From contig CAZSJV010000002.1 of assembly GCA_964607255.1 (NCBI GenBank), positions 1 through 24,656 of the forward strand: a DNA stretch of 24,656 nt, written 5' to 3'. The notes under the pieces were generated by a model, which saw only the letters and a program-made list of their open reading frames with translations, had not been told where the DNA came from and did no database searches. The DNA is from Candidatus Woesearchaeota archaeon (GTDB lineage: Archaea; Nanobdellota; Nanobdellia; SCGC-AAA011-G17; GW2011-AR20). Shown here in pieces: positions 8,227 through 17,017 of this stretch (within the stretch, counting starts at the first letter, position 1; each line of letters begins with the position of its first letter). Made by a program: the position numbers and the translations under genes.

Positions 8227-8404
8227 GGTGATATTTAATGGGTAATAAAAAAGCTCAAGCAGCTATGGAATTCTTGATGACATATGGGTGGGCTATCTTG
8301 ATTGTATTGATAGCATTAGCAGCTTTATTCTTCTTGGGAGTATTCAATCCTAGAACAACAAATACATGCTTGGTTTCAGCTCCATTTACATGTACAGATG
8401 TAAA
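8227..8404 (+). repeat. 178-bp perfect direct repeat, copy 2 (RBS plus first 56 codons of pilin 3)
   Basis: Identical to 7707-7884. Confidence 0.95.
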
Positions 8405-8738
8405 GGTTTCTGGTACAACCTTAAATTTAGTTTTAGCAGCATCTGGTTCATATAGTTCTTTGCCAAGTATAGTTGCAGCTGGTGCAAATTGTGCTACAGA
8501 TCCAACTGCAGGAGCTTGTGTTAATGGAGGCGCATCAACGCAATGTTGTACCGGGGCTGGATGTACTCCGGGTGCAGGTCCTTGTACAATAAATACAGTT
8601 ACTCCAACAACATTAACATTTACAATTCCTTCGCAAACAACAGGGTCTAAATTCTCAGGATTTGGGGTTATAGGATACACGCCATATGCGGGAGTTAGCC
8701 ATTCAACCAGAGTACAGTTCTCGGGTGTTGTAGAATAA
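8238..8738 (+). CDS. Archaeal type IV pilin 3 with six-Cys insert
   Basis: Same first 56 aa as pilin 2; insert C-x8-C-x8-CC-x4-C-x6-C; ends VQFSGVVE like pilin 2. Confidence 0.9.
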   Translation: MGNKKAQAAMEFLMTYGWAILIVLIALAALFFLGVFNPRTTNTCLVSAPFTCTDVKVSGTTLNLVLAASGSYSSLPSIVAAGANCATDPTAGACVNGGASTQCCTGAGCTPGAGPCTINTVTPTTLTFTIPSQTTGSKFSGFGVIGYTPYAGVSHSTRVQFSGVVE

Positions 8739-9032
8739 ATGTTTAAATTTAAATTTTATAACAAATACCTTGGTCTAATGTTCAGAGAATTAAAGAATAA
8801 CGAAGTTGCAGTTTTAAAAAATTATAATAAGGAAGTTCTGCATACTTTCTTTGTTTTTTATCCGATAGATATTATTTGTTTAGATAATAAAAATAGGGTT
8901 ATTGAGATTAAAAAAAATATAAAACCCTTTAATCCTTATATTAAAATAAACAAAAAAACAATTTCTATTCTGGAATTCAAAAAAGGCAATTCAAAAGGTA
9001 TAAAAATAGGACAAAAAATAAAAATAGCATGA
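8739..9032 (+). CDS. DUF192 family protein
   Basis: GLMFR...LHTFFVFYPIDIICLD...ILEF motifs of DUF192; starts immediately after the pilin 3 stop. Confidence 0.8.
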   Translation: MFKFKFYNKYLGLMFRELKNNEVAVLKNYNKEVLHTFFVFYPIDIICLDNKNRVIEIKKNIKPFNPYIKINKKTISILEFKKGNSKGIKIGQKIKIA

Positions 9033-10366
9033 TTGAAGTTTTTACAATTGGCGGTTATAGTGAAGTTGGGAAGAATATGACTGCTATTAAAATAGATGAT
9101 GAAATAATAATTTTAGATATGGGATTGTATCTTCCGGCGGTTTTAGAGTATGAAGAAGGGGATCCCCGCGAGCTTAATACAAAAGATTTAATTAAAATAG
9201 GGGCAATTCCGAATGATGATATTCTTGAAAAATACAGAGATAATGTAAAAGCAATTATTCTAGGACACTGTCATTTAGATCATATTGGGGCAACTCCCTT
9301 TCTAGCAAGACATTATGACTGCCCGATTATCGGAACACCTTATACAATTGAAGTTCTAAAAGTATTGCTTGAAGAACATGAAGAAAAATTTGGAGCAAGA
9401 CTAAAGCAAGTTAATATCAATTCCCATTTCCAGGTTTCTGATAATATCAAAGTAGAGTTCATTAATATTACACACTCTACACCACAGACAGTTTTAATAG
9501 CTATTCATACAAAATATGGGATTATATTTTATGCCAATGATTTTAAATTAGATAATCATCCAGTAATAGGAAGCAAGCCAAACTATGAAAGACTAGAGCA
9601 TTTGGCAGAAAATGAGAATATTCTTTTGTTAATAATGGATTCCTTATATTCCAATTTAGATGCAAAAACTCCAAGCGAAAAAGTAGCCAAGGAAATGTTA
9701 AAAGATATAATGCTTGGGACAAAAAATGATAATAATCTAATGCTAATAACAACTTTTTCCAGTCATATTGCAAGGTTAAAAAGTATAATTGAGTTTGGGG
9801 AAATGTTAAATAGAAAAACTGTTTTTTTGGGGAGAAGCTTGTTTAATTACGTAACTGCTGCTGAAAAATCTGGATTAGTAGAATTCAGCAAAGAAGTTGA
9901 AGTTATTGGATACAGGTCATTGGTAAAGAAAAAATTAAGACAGATTGAAAAAGACGGGCGTGGAGATTATTTAATTGTATGTACAGGCAACCAAGGAGAA
10001 CCAGATGCAATATTAACAAAAATGGCAAATAAAAAAGATATTCAATTTGAGTTCTTGCCAAATGATATTGTAATTTTTTCATGCAGGACGATTCCAACTG
10101 AAATGACAATCAAAAATAGAGAGAATTTAGAAAAAAGACTAAAACAATTTCATGTTCGCATATTCAAGGATATTCATGTCTCGGGGCATGCAGCTAGGGA
10201 AGATCATCGCGATATGATAATGATGCTAAAGCCAAAACATATTCTTCCGATACATGGTGACAGACAAATAACTAAAGGATTGGAAAATTTAGCAGAGGAA
10301 CTTGGTTATAAATTAAATAAAACAGTTCATTTAGGAACTGATGGAAAGAAAATAGAAATTAATTAA
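9029..10366 (+). CDS. rnj: Ribonuclease J (MBL/beta-CASP)
   Basis: GGYSEVGKNMT, HCHLDHIG, THSTP, TFSSHIARL, TGNQGEP, HVSGHA and P-x-HG motifs. Confidence 0.93.
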   Translation: MIEVFTIGGYSEVGKNMTAIKIDDEIIILDMGLYLPAVLEYEEGDPRELNTKDLIKIGAIPNDDILEKYRDNVKAIILGHCHLDHIGATPFLARHYDCPIIGTPYTIEVLKVLLEEHEEKFGARLKQVNINSHFQVSDNIKVEFINITHSTPQTVLIAIHTKYGIIFYANDFKLDNHPVIGSKPNYERLEHLAENENILLLIMDSLYSNLDAKTPSEKVAKEMLKDIMLGTKNDNNLMLITTFSSHIARLKSIIEFGEMLNRKTVFLGRSLFNYVTAAEKSGLVEFSKEVEVIGYRSLVKKKLRQIEKDGRGDYLIVCTGNQGEPDAILTKMANKKDIQFEFLPNDIVIFSCRTIPTEMTIKNRENLEKRLKQFHVRIFKDIHVSGHAAREDHRDMIMMLKPKHILPIHGDRQITKGLENLAEELGYKLNKTVHLGTDGKKIEIN

Positions 10367-10396
10367 TTTTATATAGTTTACTAAGATATTATTTTT

Positions 10397-10744
10397 ATGG
10401 AATTAACAAAGATAATAAAAGATTTTTTTAATCCTAAGGTACATAAAGCAATAAAAAAATTTGAAACTATTGGAGAAATGATATATGCTGATAGAAATTT
10501 TCCAGAACAAATCCTTTTAGCAAATCATGGTTATATCTCTAAATACCCTATAAATTTTACGACATTCATAATCGATCCTGAAGAAGCCTATTATGAATTT
10601 GGTTGTTTAAACCCAAAATCAATAAAAGGAATGAAGGATATAACAATAAACATTATGCACTTGACAGATAAGGGAAGATTATTTCAATATTTAAAATATC
10701 CAATAAGGGCTCTTTACAGTAAAATTACGGGCGAAAGTTTTTAA
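10397..10744 (+). CDS. Hypothetical protein
   Basis: 115-aa ORF filling the gap between rnj and a convergent gene; LTDKGR is weakly reminiscent of a wHTH wing. Confidence 0.55.
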   Translation: MELTKIIKDFFNPKVHKAIKKFETIGEMIYADRNFPEQILLANHGYISKYPINFTTFIIDPEEAYYEFGCLNPKSIKGMKDITINIMHLTDKGRLFQYLKYPIRALYSKITGESF

Positions 10745-11217
10745 CTGGTTTTAAATTGTATCAAGCTGGAACTTGTTTCTTCCAAAATCTTTCCATTAAC
10801 GGCATCTACTTTTAAATTTATTAAATAAAAATCGCTTGTAACTAAACTTACATTCCATAATAATTTTTTATCCAAGCTCTGTATTATAATAATTTCCTTT
10901 ACAAAATTTTTATCCTTGTATTTTGGCTTGAATAATTTTACAACGTCATCAAAGCTGAATTTCACATCCTTTAAATCAATTTCATCTATCTTATCCGACT
11001 TGGAAAATATTTTTTGATTATCATTTAACTTAATATCATTGCCAACAATAAATGTAGTCATTCTATTTTTTTTAGAAAGATAGTAGTCAAACTGCCATCC
11101 GCTTGATTTTTCCTCATCTTTTAAAGTAAAAACGCTGCATAGATAGGCATCTTTGTGTTTTTCTTTCCAGGACTTAAACTTCTTGTCATTCGTTAATTGT
11201 TTATACTTGTCTATCAT
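10741..11217 (-). CDS. Hypothetical protein with PepSY-like C-terminal motif
   Basis: WNVSLV...INLKVDAVNGKILE; 4-bp ATGA overlap with thrS suggests translational coupling. Confidence 0.6.
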   Translation of the reverse strand: MIDKYKQLTNDKKFKSWKEKHKDAYLCSVFTLKDEEKSSGWQFDYYLSKKNRMTTFIVGNDIKLNDNQKIFSKSDKIDEIDLKDVKFSFDDVVKLFKPKYKDKNFVKEIIIIQSLDKKLLWNVSLVTSDFYLINLKVDAVNGKILEETSSSLIQFKTS

Positions 11218-12917
11218 TTTATTTCCTTATCCTTGATTTCTTTTAATAATCCTTTTACAAAATCATCAACTTTAACATTGAACTTAACATCCCCGTTTCT
11301 CGTTCTTATTGCCAAAGTTTGATTTTTCTGTTCTTTGTCCCCTATAGTTACCATATAATTTATTTTTCTTAATTGTGCTTCCCTCACTTTCTTGGGAATG
11401 CTTTCGTTTCTATCATCTAACTCTGCCCTAATATTGTTCTCCTTTAACTTTCTTAAAATCTCATTTGCAAACTTTAAATTATTTGTGTTAACATTCATTA
11501 TTATAACCTGCAGAGGGCTTATCCATAATGGGAATTTTCCAGAAAAATGTTCTATCAATATTCCGATAAATCTTTCAAAACTTCCAAATATTGCGCGATG
11601 GATCATTATTGTTCTGTGTTTTTTGCTGTCTTCGCCCTGATAAGTTAAATCAAAACATTCAGGCATTTGATAATCTAATTGTATAGTCGCCATTTGCCAA
11701 TCTCTATTAAGAACATCTTTGATATGAATGTCTATCTTAGGACCATAAAATGCTCCGTCTTTTTCCTTTATTTCATATTTTAATTTATTTGCTTTTAATG
11801 AATTTTCCAGGGCTTTCTCGGCATTATCCCAAGTTTTCTTATCTCCCATTGCTTTATCCGGTCTTGTTGCTAAGTAAAAATTCGGTTTAAAGTTAAAAAC
11901 AGAATAAAATTTATTTACTAAATCAAGAATATTTGTAATTTCTTCTTGAACGTGCGATTCCATGCAAAATATGTGTGCATCATCCATTGTTAATTGCCTT
12001 ACCCTAAACATTCCCCCTAAAGCTCCTGATAATTCATTTCTGTGCAATCTTCCAATCTCACTCAATCTTATCGGTAAATCTCTATAACTTCTTAACTTTG
12101 AAGAATAAACCAAAGTTGCTTCAGGACAATTCATTGGCTTAAGATAATAATTTTCTTTATCTAAATTCAACGGGAACATATTTTCTTTGTAATGTTCCAA
12201 ATGCCCAGATTTCCTAAATAATTCTTCCTTGACAACTATAGGGGTATTAATTTCCTGATATCCATTATTATCGTGTATCTCTCTCCAGAATTTTTCCAGC
12301 TCCTTAAAAACAACCATTCCATTTGGCAGCCAGAAGGGAGCACCTGGAGAAATTTCATTAAACATAAATAATTCAGCTTCTTTTCCCAGTTTTCTATGAT
12401 CTCTTTTCTCAGCCTCTTCCAATCTTTTTAAATAATCTTTAAGTTCGTTTTCACTATTCCATGCTGTTCCGTAAATTCTTGTTAATTGTTTATTTTTACT
12501 ATCTCCCTTCCAATATGCTTGCGCAATTTTAGTTAATTTAAACGCATTAATCTCAGAAGTATTTTTTAGATGTCCGCCTTTGCATAGATCATAATACGAT
12601 CCATGTTTATAGAATTGGACTTTCTCTCCGGGAATCTCTTTTAATAGTTCAAGCTTATATGGCTGGTCTTTTAGAAATTTTTCAGCTTCTTTTCTGGACA
12701 TTAAGACTTTTTCAAAATTTAATTTTTTATTAGCTATCTCGTGCATTTTATTTTCTATCTTAACTAAATCTTTGTCTGTAATATCTAAGTTATCAAAATC
12801 ATAGTAAAAACCATCTTCTATTGCAGGACCAATAGCCATCTTAGCATTTAGATAGAGTTCTTTTACAGCGCTTGCTAATAGATGCGCACAAGAATGTCTT
12901 AAACCATCTAAGTCCAT
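11214..12917 (-). CDS. thrS: Threonine--tRNA ligase, bacterial type, lacking the N-terminal TGS domain
   Basis: RHSCAH and DLCKGGH editing motifs; RDHRKLG, KPMNCP, HRNELSG, FYGPKID, HRAIFGSFERF; anticodon-binding C-terminus. Confidence 0.97.
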   Translation of the reverse strand: MDLDGLRHSCAHLLASAVKELYLNAKMAIGPAIEDGFYYDFDNLDITDKDLVKIENKMHEIANKKLNFEKVLMSRKEAEKFLKDQPYKLELLKEIPGEKVQFYKHGSYYDLCKGGHLKNTSEINAFKLTKIAQAYWKGDSKNKQLTRIYGTAWNSENELKDYLKRLEEAEKRDHRKLGKEAELFMFNEISPGAPFWLPNGMVVFKELEKFWREIHDNNGYQEINTPIVVKEELFRKSGHLEHYKENMFPLNLDKENYYLKPMNCPEATLVYSSKLRSYRDLPIRLSEIGRLHRNELSGALGGMFRVRQLTMDDAHIFCMESHVQEEITNILDLVNKFYSVFNFKPNFYLATRPDKAMGDKKTWDNAEKALENSLKANKLKYEIKEKDGAFYGPKIDIHIKDVLNRDWQMATIQLDYQMPECFDLTYQGEDSKKHRTIMIHRAIFGSFERFIGILIEHFSGKFPLWISPLQVIIMNVNTNNLKFANEILRKLKENNIRAELDDRNESIPKKVREAQLRKINYMVTIGDKEQKNQTLAIRTRNGDVKFNVKVDDFVKGLLKEIKDKEIK

Positions 12918-12995
12918 AAAACTAATTAATGATTAGGTTATTTAAAATTAACTTTTATAGCAAAATATTTATACTACATGATATATCAAAGCAAT

Positions 12996-14534
12996 ATGAG
13001 GAAATTATCTTTAGTATTGATTTTATTGTTCTTAATACCTTTTGTTAGTGCAGAAATTAATGTTTTAAATCAGGTTGAAAGTATATATAATTTAAATGAA
13101 AGAATTCCTTTAAAGATTACAGTATCCAGCAATGAAGAAATTGATGGTTTCATAAAATCAAGCTTTGTATGCAGTAATTATAATTTAGATTACTTTACAA
13201 CCCCATTTACATTTAAGACATCACCACAGGAAATTGATGTTCCTGAATTAAAATTAACAAAAAACATGGTTGGAACATGCAGTCTGGAAGTTTCTTTATC
13301 AGATTATGAAAATATCTTGATTGAAAAGAAAGTTATTGCAGTAGTTGAGGTAAGTGATCAATTAATCTTAACCGTAGATGTAAACAAAGAAAATTTTAAT
13401 CCCGGAGATGAATTAAATATTGATGGAGATATAAAAAATATACGTGGAGAATTACTTGATACTGGAGAGATAAAAGTTCTTTTTGATAATGAAACGTTTA
13501 TAACTCAATTAGATAATGGGGAATTCTCTTACAGTTATAAACTTCCTAGCAATGTAAAATCAAATAATCACTTATTAAAGATAGATTATGAAGATGCCTA
13601 CGGAAATAAAGCAAGCAAAGAGTTTAGTATATTTGTAATTCCAGAACCAACAAAGCTAAGAACATTATTGAATAATATAGATTTCTTGCCCCAGGAAAAA
13701 ATTAGCATAGAGGCACTGCTTTATGACCAGGCAGACGATTTAATGGAAAACAATGCAGAAATTAATGTTTATGATCCAAAGGGCTATTTAATAAAAAAAG
13801 GAGTTTCTAAAGTAGAATTTGAATTAGACAATTATGCTTCTCCCGGAACTTGGTTAATAAAAACAAATACAGATGATTTTAAGATAGAAAGTTCATTTAA
13901 TGTTTTGCCTCTAAAAAAAGTTGAAACTTATCTTGAAGACGGCGTATTATTTATTAAAAACGTTGGAAATGTCGTATTTGATGATGTTTTGGAAATAACT
14001 GCAATAGGTGAGGACGGAAAACAATTTACAAGGAATGTAAAAATAAGTCCAAAAGATTACCAGATAGTTGAATTAAGCGATGAATTAAAACAGGGTATTT
14101 ATGATTTAAACATTGATGTTGGAGAGCAGCAAGAATCAATGCAGGATGTAAACGTTCCTGAAAGCAACGATCCTTTATACATAACGGGAAGAGCAATTGA
14201 CTCAACTGTAAATAACTTAATTGATAAGCCTTTAATCTTAGCATTGGTTCTATTGGTTATATTTTCAGCAGTTTATTTTGGAGTAAGAAATAAAAAAATC
14301 AATCAGTTTAGAAAAGAAAAGGATGTTCAGATGGGTTATATGAGAGCAAGAGAACTGGAACAGGAAAAAGCCAGTAAGGGAATTAGACCAAGAAAGTTTA
14401 ACATAGATAAAAAAGAGGCAAAAGATTTTACTGATCAAATGATGAAAAAAATGAATGAAAAAAAATCAGATGATGAAGGTTATTTGCACAGAAAAGAAAG
14501 AGATGATGATAATTTATTTGGAAATTTTAAATAA
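12996..14534 (+). CDS. Large secreted, C-terminally membrane-anchored beta-rich (Ig/MG-like) surface protein
   Basis: Signal peptide MRKLSLVLILLFLIPFVSA (ATG 12996), acidic beta-rich ectodomain, TM PLILALVLLVIFSAVYFGV, charged cytoplasmic tail. Confidence 0.7.
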   Translation: MRKLSLVLILLFLIPFVSAEINVLNQVESIYNLNERIPLKITVSSNEEIDGFIKSSFVCSNYNLDYFTTPFTFKTSPQEIDVPELKLTKNMVGTCSLEVSLSDYENILIEKKVIAVVEVSDQLILTVDVNKENFNPGDELNIDGDIKNIRGELLDTGEIKVLFDNETFITQLDNGEFSYSYKLPSNVKSNNHLLKIDYEDAYGNKASKEFSIFVIPEPTKLRTLLNNIDFLPQEKISIEALLYDQADDLMENNAEINVYDPKGYLIKKGVSKVEFELDNYASPGTWLIKTNTDDFKIESSFNVLPLKKVETYLEDGVLFIKNVGNVVFDDVLEITAIGEDGKQFTRNVKISPKDYQIVELSDELKQGIYDLNIDVGEQQESMQDVNVPESNDPLYITGRAIDSTVNNLIDKPLILALVLLVIFSAVYFGVRNKKINQFRKEKDVQMGYMRARELEQEKASKGIRPRKFNIDKKEAKDFTDQMMKKMNEKKSDDEGYLHRKERDDDNLFGNFK

Positions 14535-15164
14535 TTTTTCCTTTAACTTCTGAAATAAATTTTTACTTTCTTCTTTTATCTCGGGCATTTTTTCCTGTAA
14601 TCTATTTTTTATTGGAAATAATGATTTATCCTGCGATTTAGTTCCATATTTTTCAAAAAATGTAAATGCATTAGCGTCGTATCTTTTTTTGTGATTTGGA
14701 TGCTTTTCATTACTGTATCCTAAAGTTATTATAGCATAAACTTTTATATTTTCAGGAATTTCTAACTCGCGTTTAACTATTTTTTCATCAAACGCACCAA
14801 CCCAACATGTAGCTAATTTCAAGCTTGTAGCCATTAACAATATATTTTCTATAAATGCCGCACAATCTTGTATAGTATACAATTCTCCTTTAACTTTATA
14901 GAATTTTTTAACGTAATCTTCATTTCCGCAAACAACTAAATGCACAGGAGCCTGATTCATCCATGTTTGATTTAATGAAGCAATCGCCAATGAATTTCGC
15001 TTTTCCTTGTTTTTTACAATTACAATATGCCAAGGCTGTAAATTGCCTGCACTTGGAGCTAAGCTGGAGTAATTTATTATCTTGGATAAATCCTTTTCAT
15101 CAACATCTTTATCAGAATAAGATCTGCAGGAATACCTCTTTTGCAATACATCAACCAAATCCAT
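14514..15164 (-). CDS. Nitroreductase family protein
   Basis: RYSCRSY, APSAGNLQPW, QDCAAFIENILL, TCWVGAFDE, IITLGY. Confidence 0.93.
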   Translation of the reverse strand: MDLVDVLQKRYSCRSYSDKDVDEKDLSKIINYSSLAPSAGNLQPWHIVIVKNKEKRNSLAIASLNQTWMNQAPVHLVVCGNEDYVKKFYKVKGELYTIQDCAAFIENILLMATSLKLATCWVGAFDEKIVKRELEIPENIKVYAIITLGYSNEKHPNHKKRYDANAFTFFEKYGTKSQDKSLFPIKNRLQEKMPEIKEESKNLFQKLKEKLFKISK

Positions 15165-15204
15165 TTCAAAAACTTTAAATGTTAGTAAATATTTAAACCT
15201 TGCT

Positions 15205-16890
15205 ATGAACTATTCTGAATTAGTTAAAGTTTATCTTGAGCTTGAAAAGACAACTAAAAGGCTCGAGAAAACAGACATTATTTCCAATTTCTTAAAGCAT
15301 GTTAATAAAGATGAAATTCAATATGTTATTCATTTATTGCAGGGAAAGGTATTTGCAGATTATGACCCGAGAAAAATAGGGATGAGTTCTAGGCTAGTTT
15401 TAAAGGTTATTTCTAGTTCTACAGGAAATCCGCAAAATGATGTTGAAAAATTATGGAAAGAGCTTGGTGATTTAGGCAGAGTGGCTGAGCAATTAATGAA
15501 GAAAAGAAAGCAAATGACTCTGGCAAGACATGAACTAAGCGTAAAAAAAGTCATTGAAAACATTCGTAAATTAGCCAGTTTTGAAGGCGAGGGAACAGTT
15601 GACAAGAAAGTTAATTTGATTGTTGAATTATTAAACTCAAGCAATCCAGAAGGATCTAGGTTTATTATTGGAACCATACTAGAAGAATTAAGAGTTGGGG
15701 TTGCGGCGGGAATTATAAGGGATGCTCTGGCTAAATTATTTGATGTAAACGTTGATGACGTTGAAAAAGCATATAATCTAACAACAGATTACGGTGAAGT
15801 TGCAGAATTACTAAAAGAACATGGTATCAAGGGACTTGATAAAATTTCTCTTAAGCCTGGAATCCCAATTAAATCAATGCTTGCTGTTTTATCTGAAAAT
15901 GTTGAAGAGGCATTTGAAGCTCTTGGTAAACCTGCACAATTTGAATACAAACTAGATGGATTTAGAGTTCAGATTCACAAGGATAAGGATATTAAAATAT
16001 TCACGAGAAATTTAGAAGATGTCACAAAACAATTTCCAGATATTGTAAAATTTGTAAAGGAAAATGTTAAAGCAAAAAATTTTATCTTAGACGGAGAAGC
16101 TGTTGCGTATGATAAAAAAACAAAAAAATATTTATCATTCCAGACAATTTCTCAAAGAATCAAGAGAAAATATAATATTTATGAAATGGTTAAAAAATTC
16201 CCAATTGAACTAAATTTATTTGATGTAATTTATTCTAATGGAAGAAGTTTGATAAATGAGCCATTATCAGAAAGGCGTAAGGTATTAGAAAGCATTGTAA
16301 AACAAAGTTCTGGCAAGATTATATTAACAAAAAAACTTGTTACAGATGATGAGAAAAAAGCAATGAAATTTTTTGAAGAATCTTTGAATGCTGGCAATGA
16401 AGGGATCATGATAAAAAATATTAATTCTGTTTACGTTGCCGGAAGATATGTAAACGGCTGGATGAAATTGAAAAATATTCTTGAACCATTGGATTTGGTT
16501 GTTGTAAAGGCGGAACATGGTGAGGGTAAGAGGGCAAAATGGATTACAAGTTATACTGTGGCATGCAGATCTAGAAATGAACTGCTAGAAGTCGGAAAAG
16601 TTAGCACGGGAGTAAAAGAAAAAGGAGAAGGATTAACTTATAATGAAATGACAAAGATGATTAGACCATTAATAATAAAGGAAGAGGGAAAAGAAGTTAC
16701 TATAAAACCAAAAATTATAATAGAAGTTGGTTATGAAGAGATACAAAAGTCTCCTTCTTATAGTTCTGGATTTGCATTAAGGTTTCCAAGAGTCTTACGC
16801 TACAGAGGAAATGAAAAAAGTATGAATGAAATAAATACAATAAAAGATATTAAAAAAATATATAATTCTCAACGTGCAAAGAAATTGTAG
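15205..16890 (+). CDS. lig: ATP-dependent DNA ligase
   Basis: EYKLDGFRVQIH (KxDG), ILDGE, LFDVIY, EGIMIK, WMKLK, LRFPR; DNA-binding, adenylation and OB domains all present. Confidence 0.97.
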   Translation: MNYSELVKVYLELEKTTKRLEKTDIISNFLKHVNKDEIQYVIHLLQGKVFADYDPRKIGMSSRLVLKVISSSTGNPQNDVEKLWKELGDLGRVAEQLMKKRKQMTLARHELSVKKVIENIRKLASFEGEGTVDKKVNLIVELLNSSNPEGSRFIIGTILEELRVGVAAGIIRDALAKLFDVNVDDVEKAYNLTTDYGEVAELLKEHGIKGLDKISLKPGIPIKSMLAVLSENVEEAFEALGKPAQFEYKLDGFRVQIHKDKDIKIFTRNLEDVTKQFPDIVKFVKENVKAKNFILDGEAVAYDKKTKKYLSFQTISQRIKRKYNIYEMVKKFPIELNLFDVIYSNGRSLINEPLSERRKVLESIVKQSSGKIILTKKLVTDDEKKAMKFFEESLNAGNEGIMIKNINSVYVAGRYVNGWMKLKNILEPLDLVVVKAEHGEGKRAKWITSYTVACRSRNELLEVGKVSTGVKEKGEGLTYNEMTKMIRPLIIKEEGKEVTIKPKIIIEVGYEEIQKSPSYSSGFALRFPRVLRYRGNEKSMNEINTIKDIKKIYNSQRAKKL

Positions 16891-17017
16891 TGTAACAGTA
16901 TACTTAAAAACAATAATCTTTATATATTAGCAAGTTTTCCTAGTAAGAAGTAATAACTATAATATACTTGGTAACAATAAAAAAAGAGGGGGTTTATTTC
17001 CTAGGAGGGACTCGTAA

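Noticed and set aside
7707-8404. CRISPR array, DGR template/variable repeat or shufflon explanation for the pilin repeat
   Set aside because: Only two long copies, no adenine-specific mismatch pattern, and no reverse transcriptase or recombinase in the window.
8470-8590. Locally high GC in the pilin 3 insert as evidence of horizontal transfer
   Set aside because: Explained by Gly/Ala/Cys/Pro/Thr composition; third codon positions remain mostly A/T.
8255-8680. 141-aa antisense ORF over pilin 3
   Set aside because: Shadow frame caused by Gly/Ala/Thr-rich codons; no RBS or recognisable motif.
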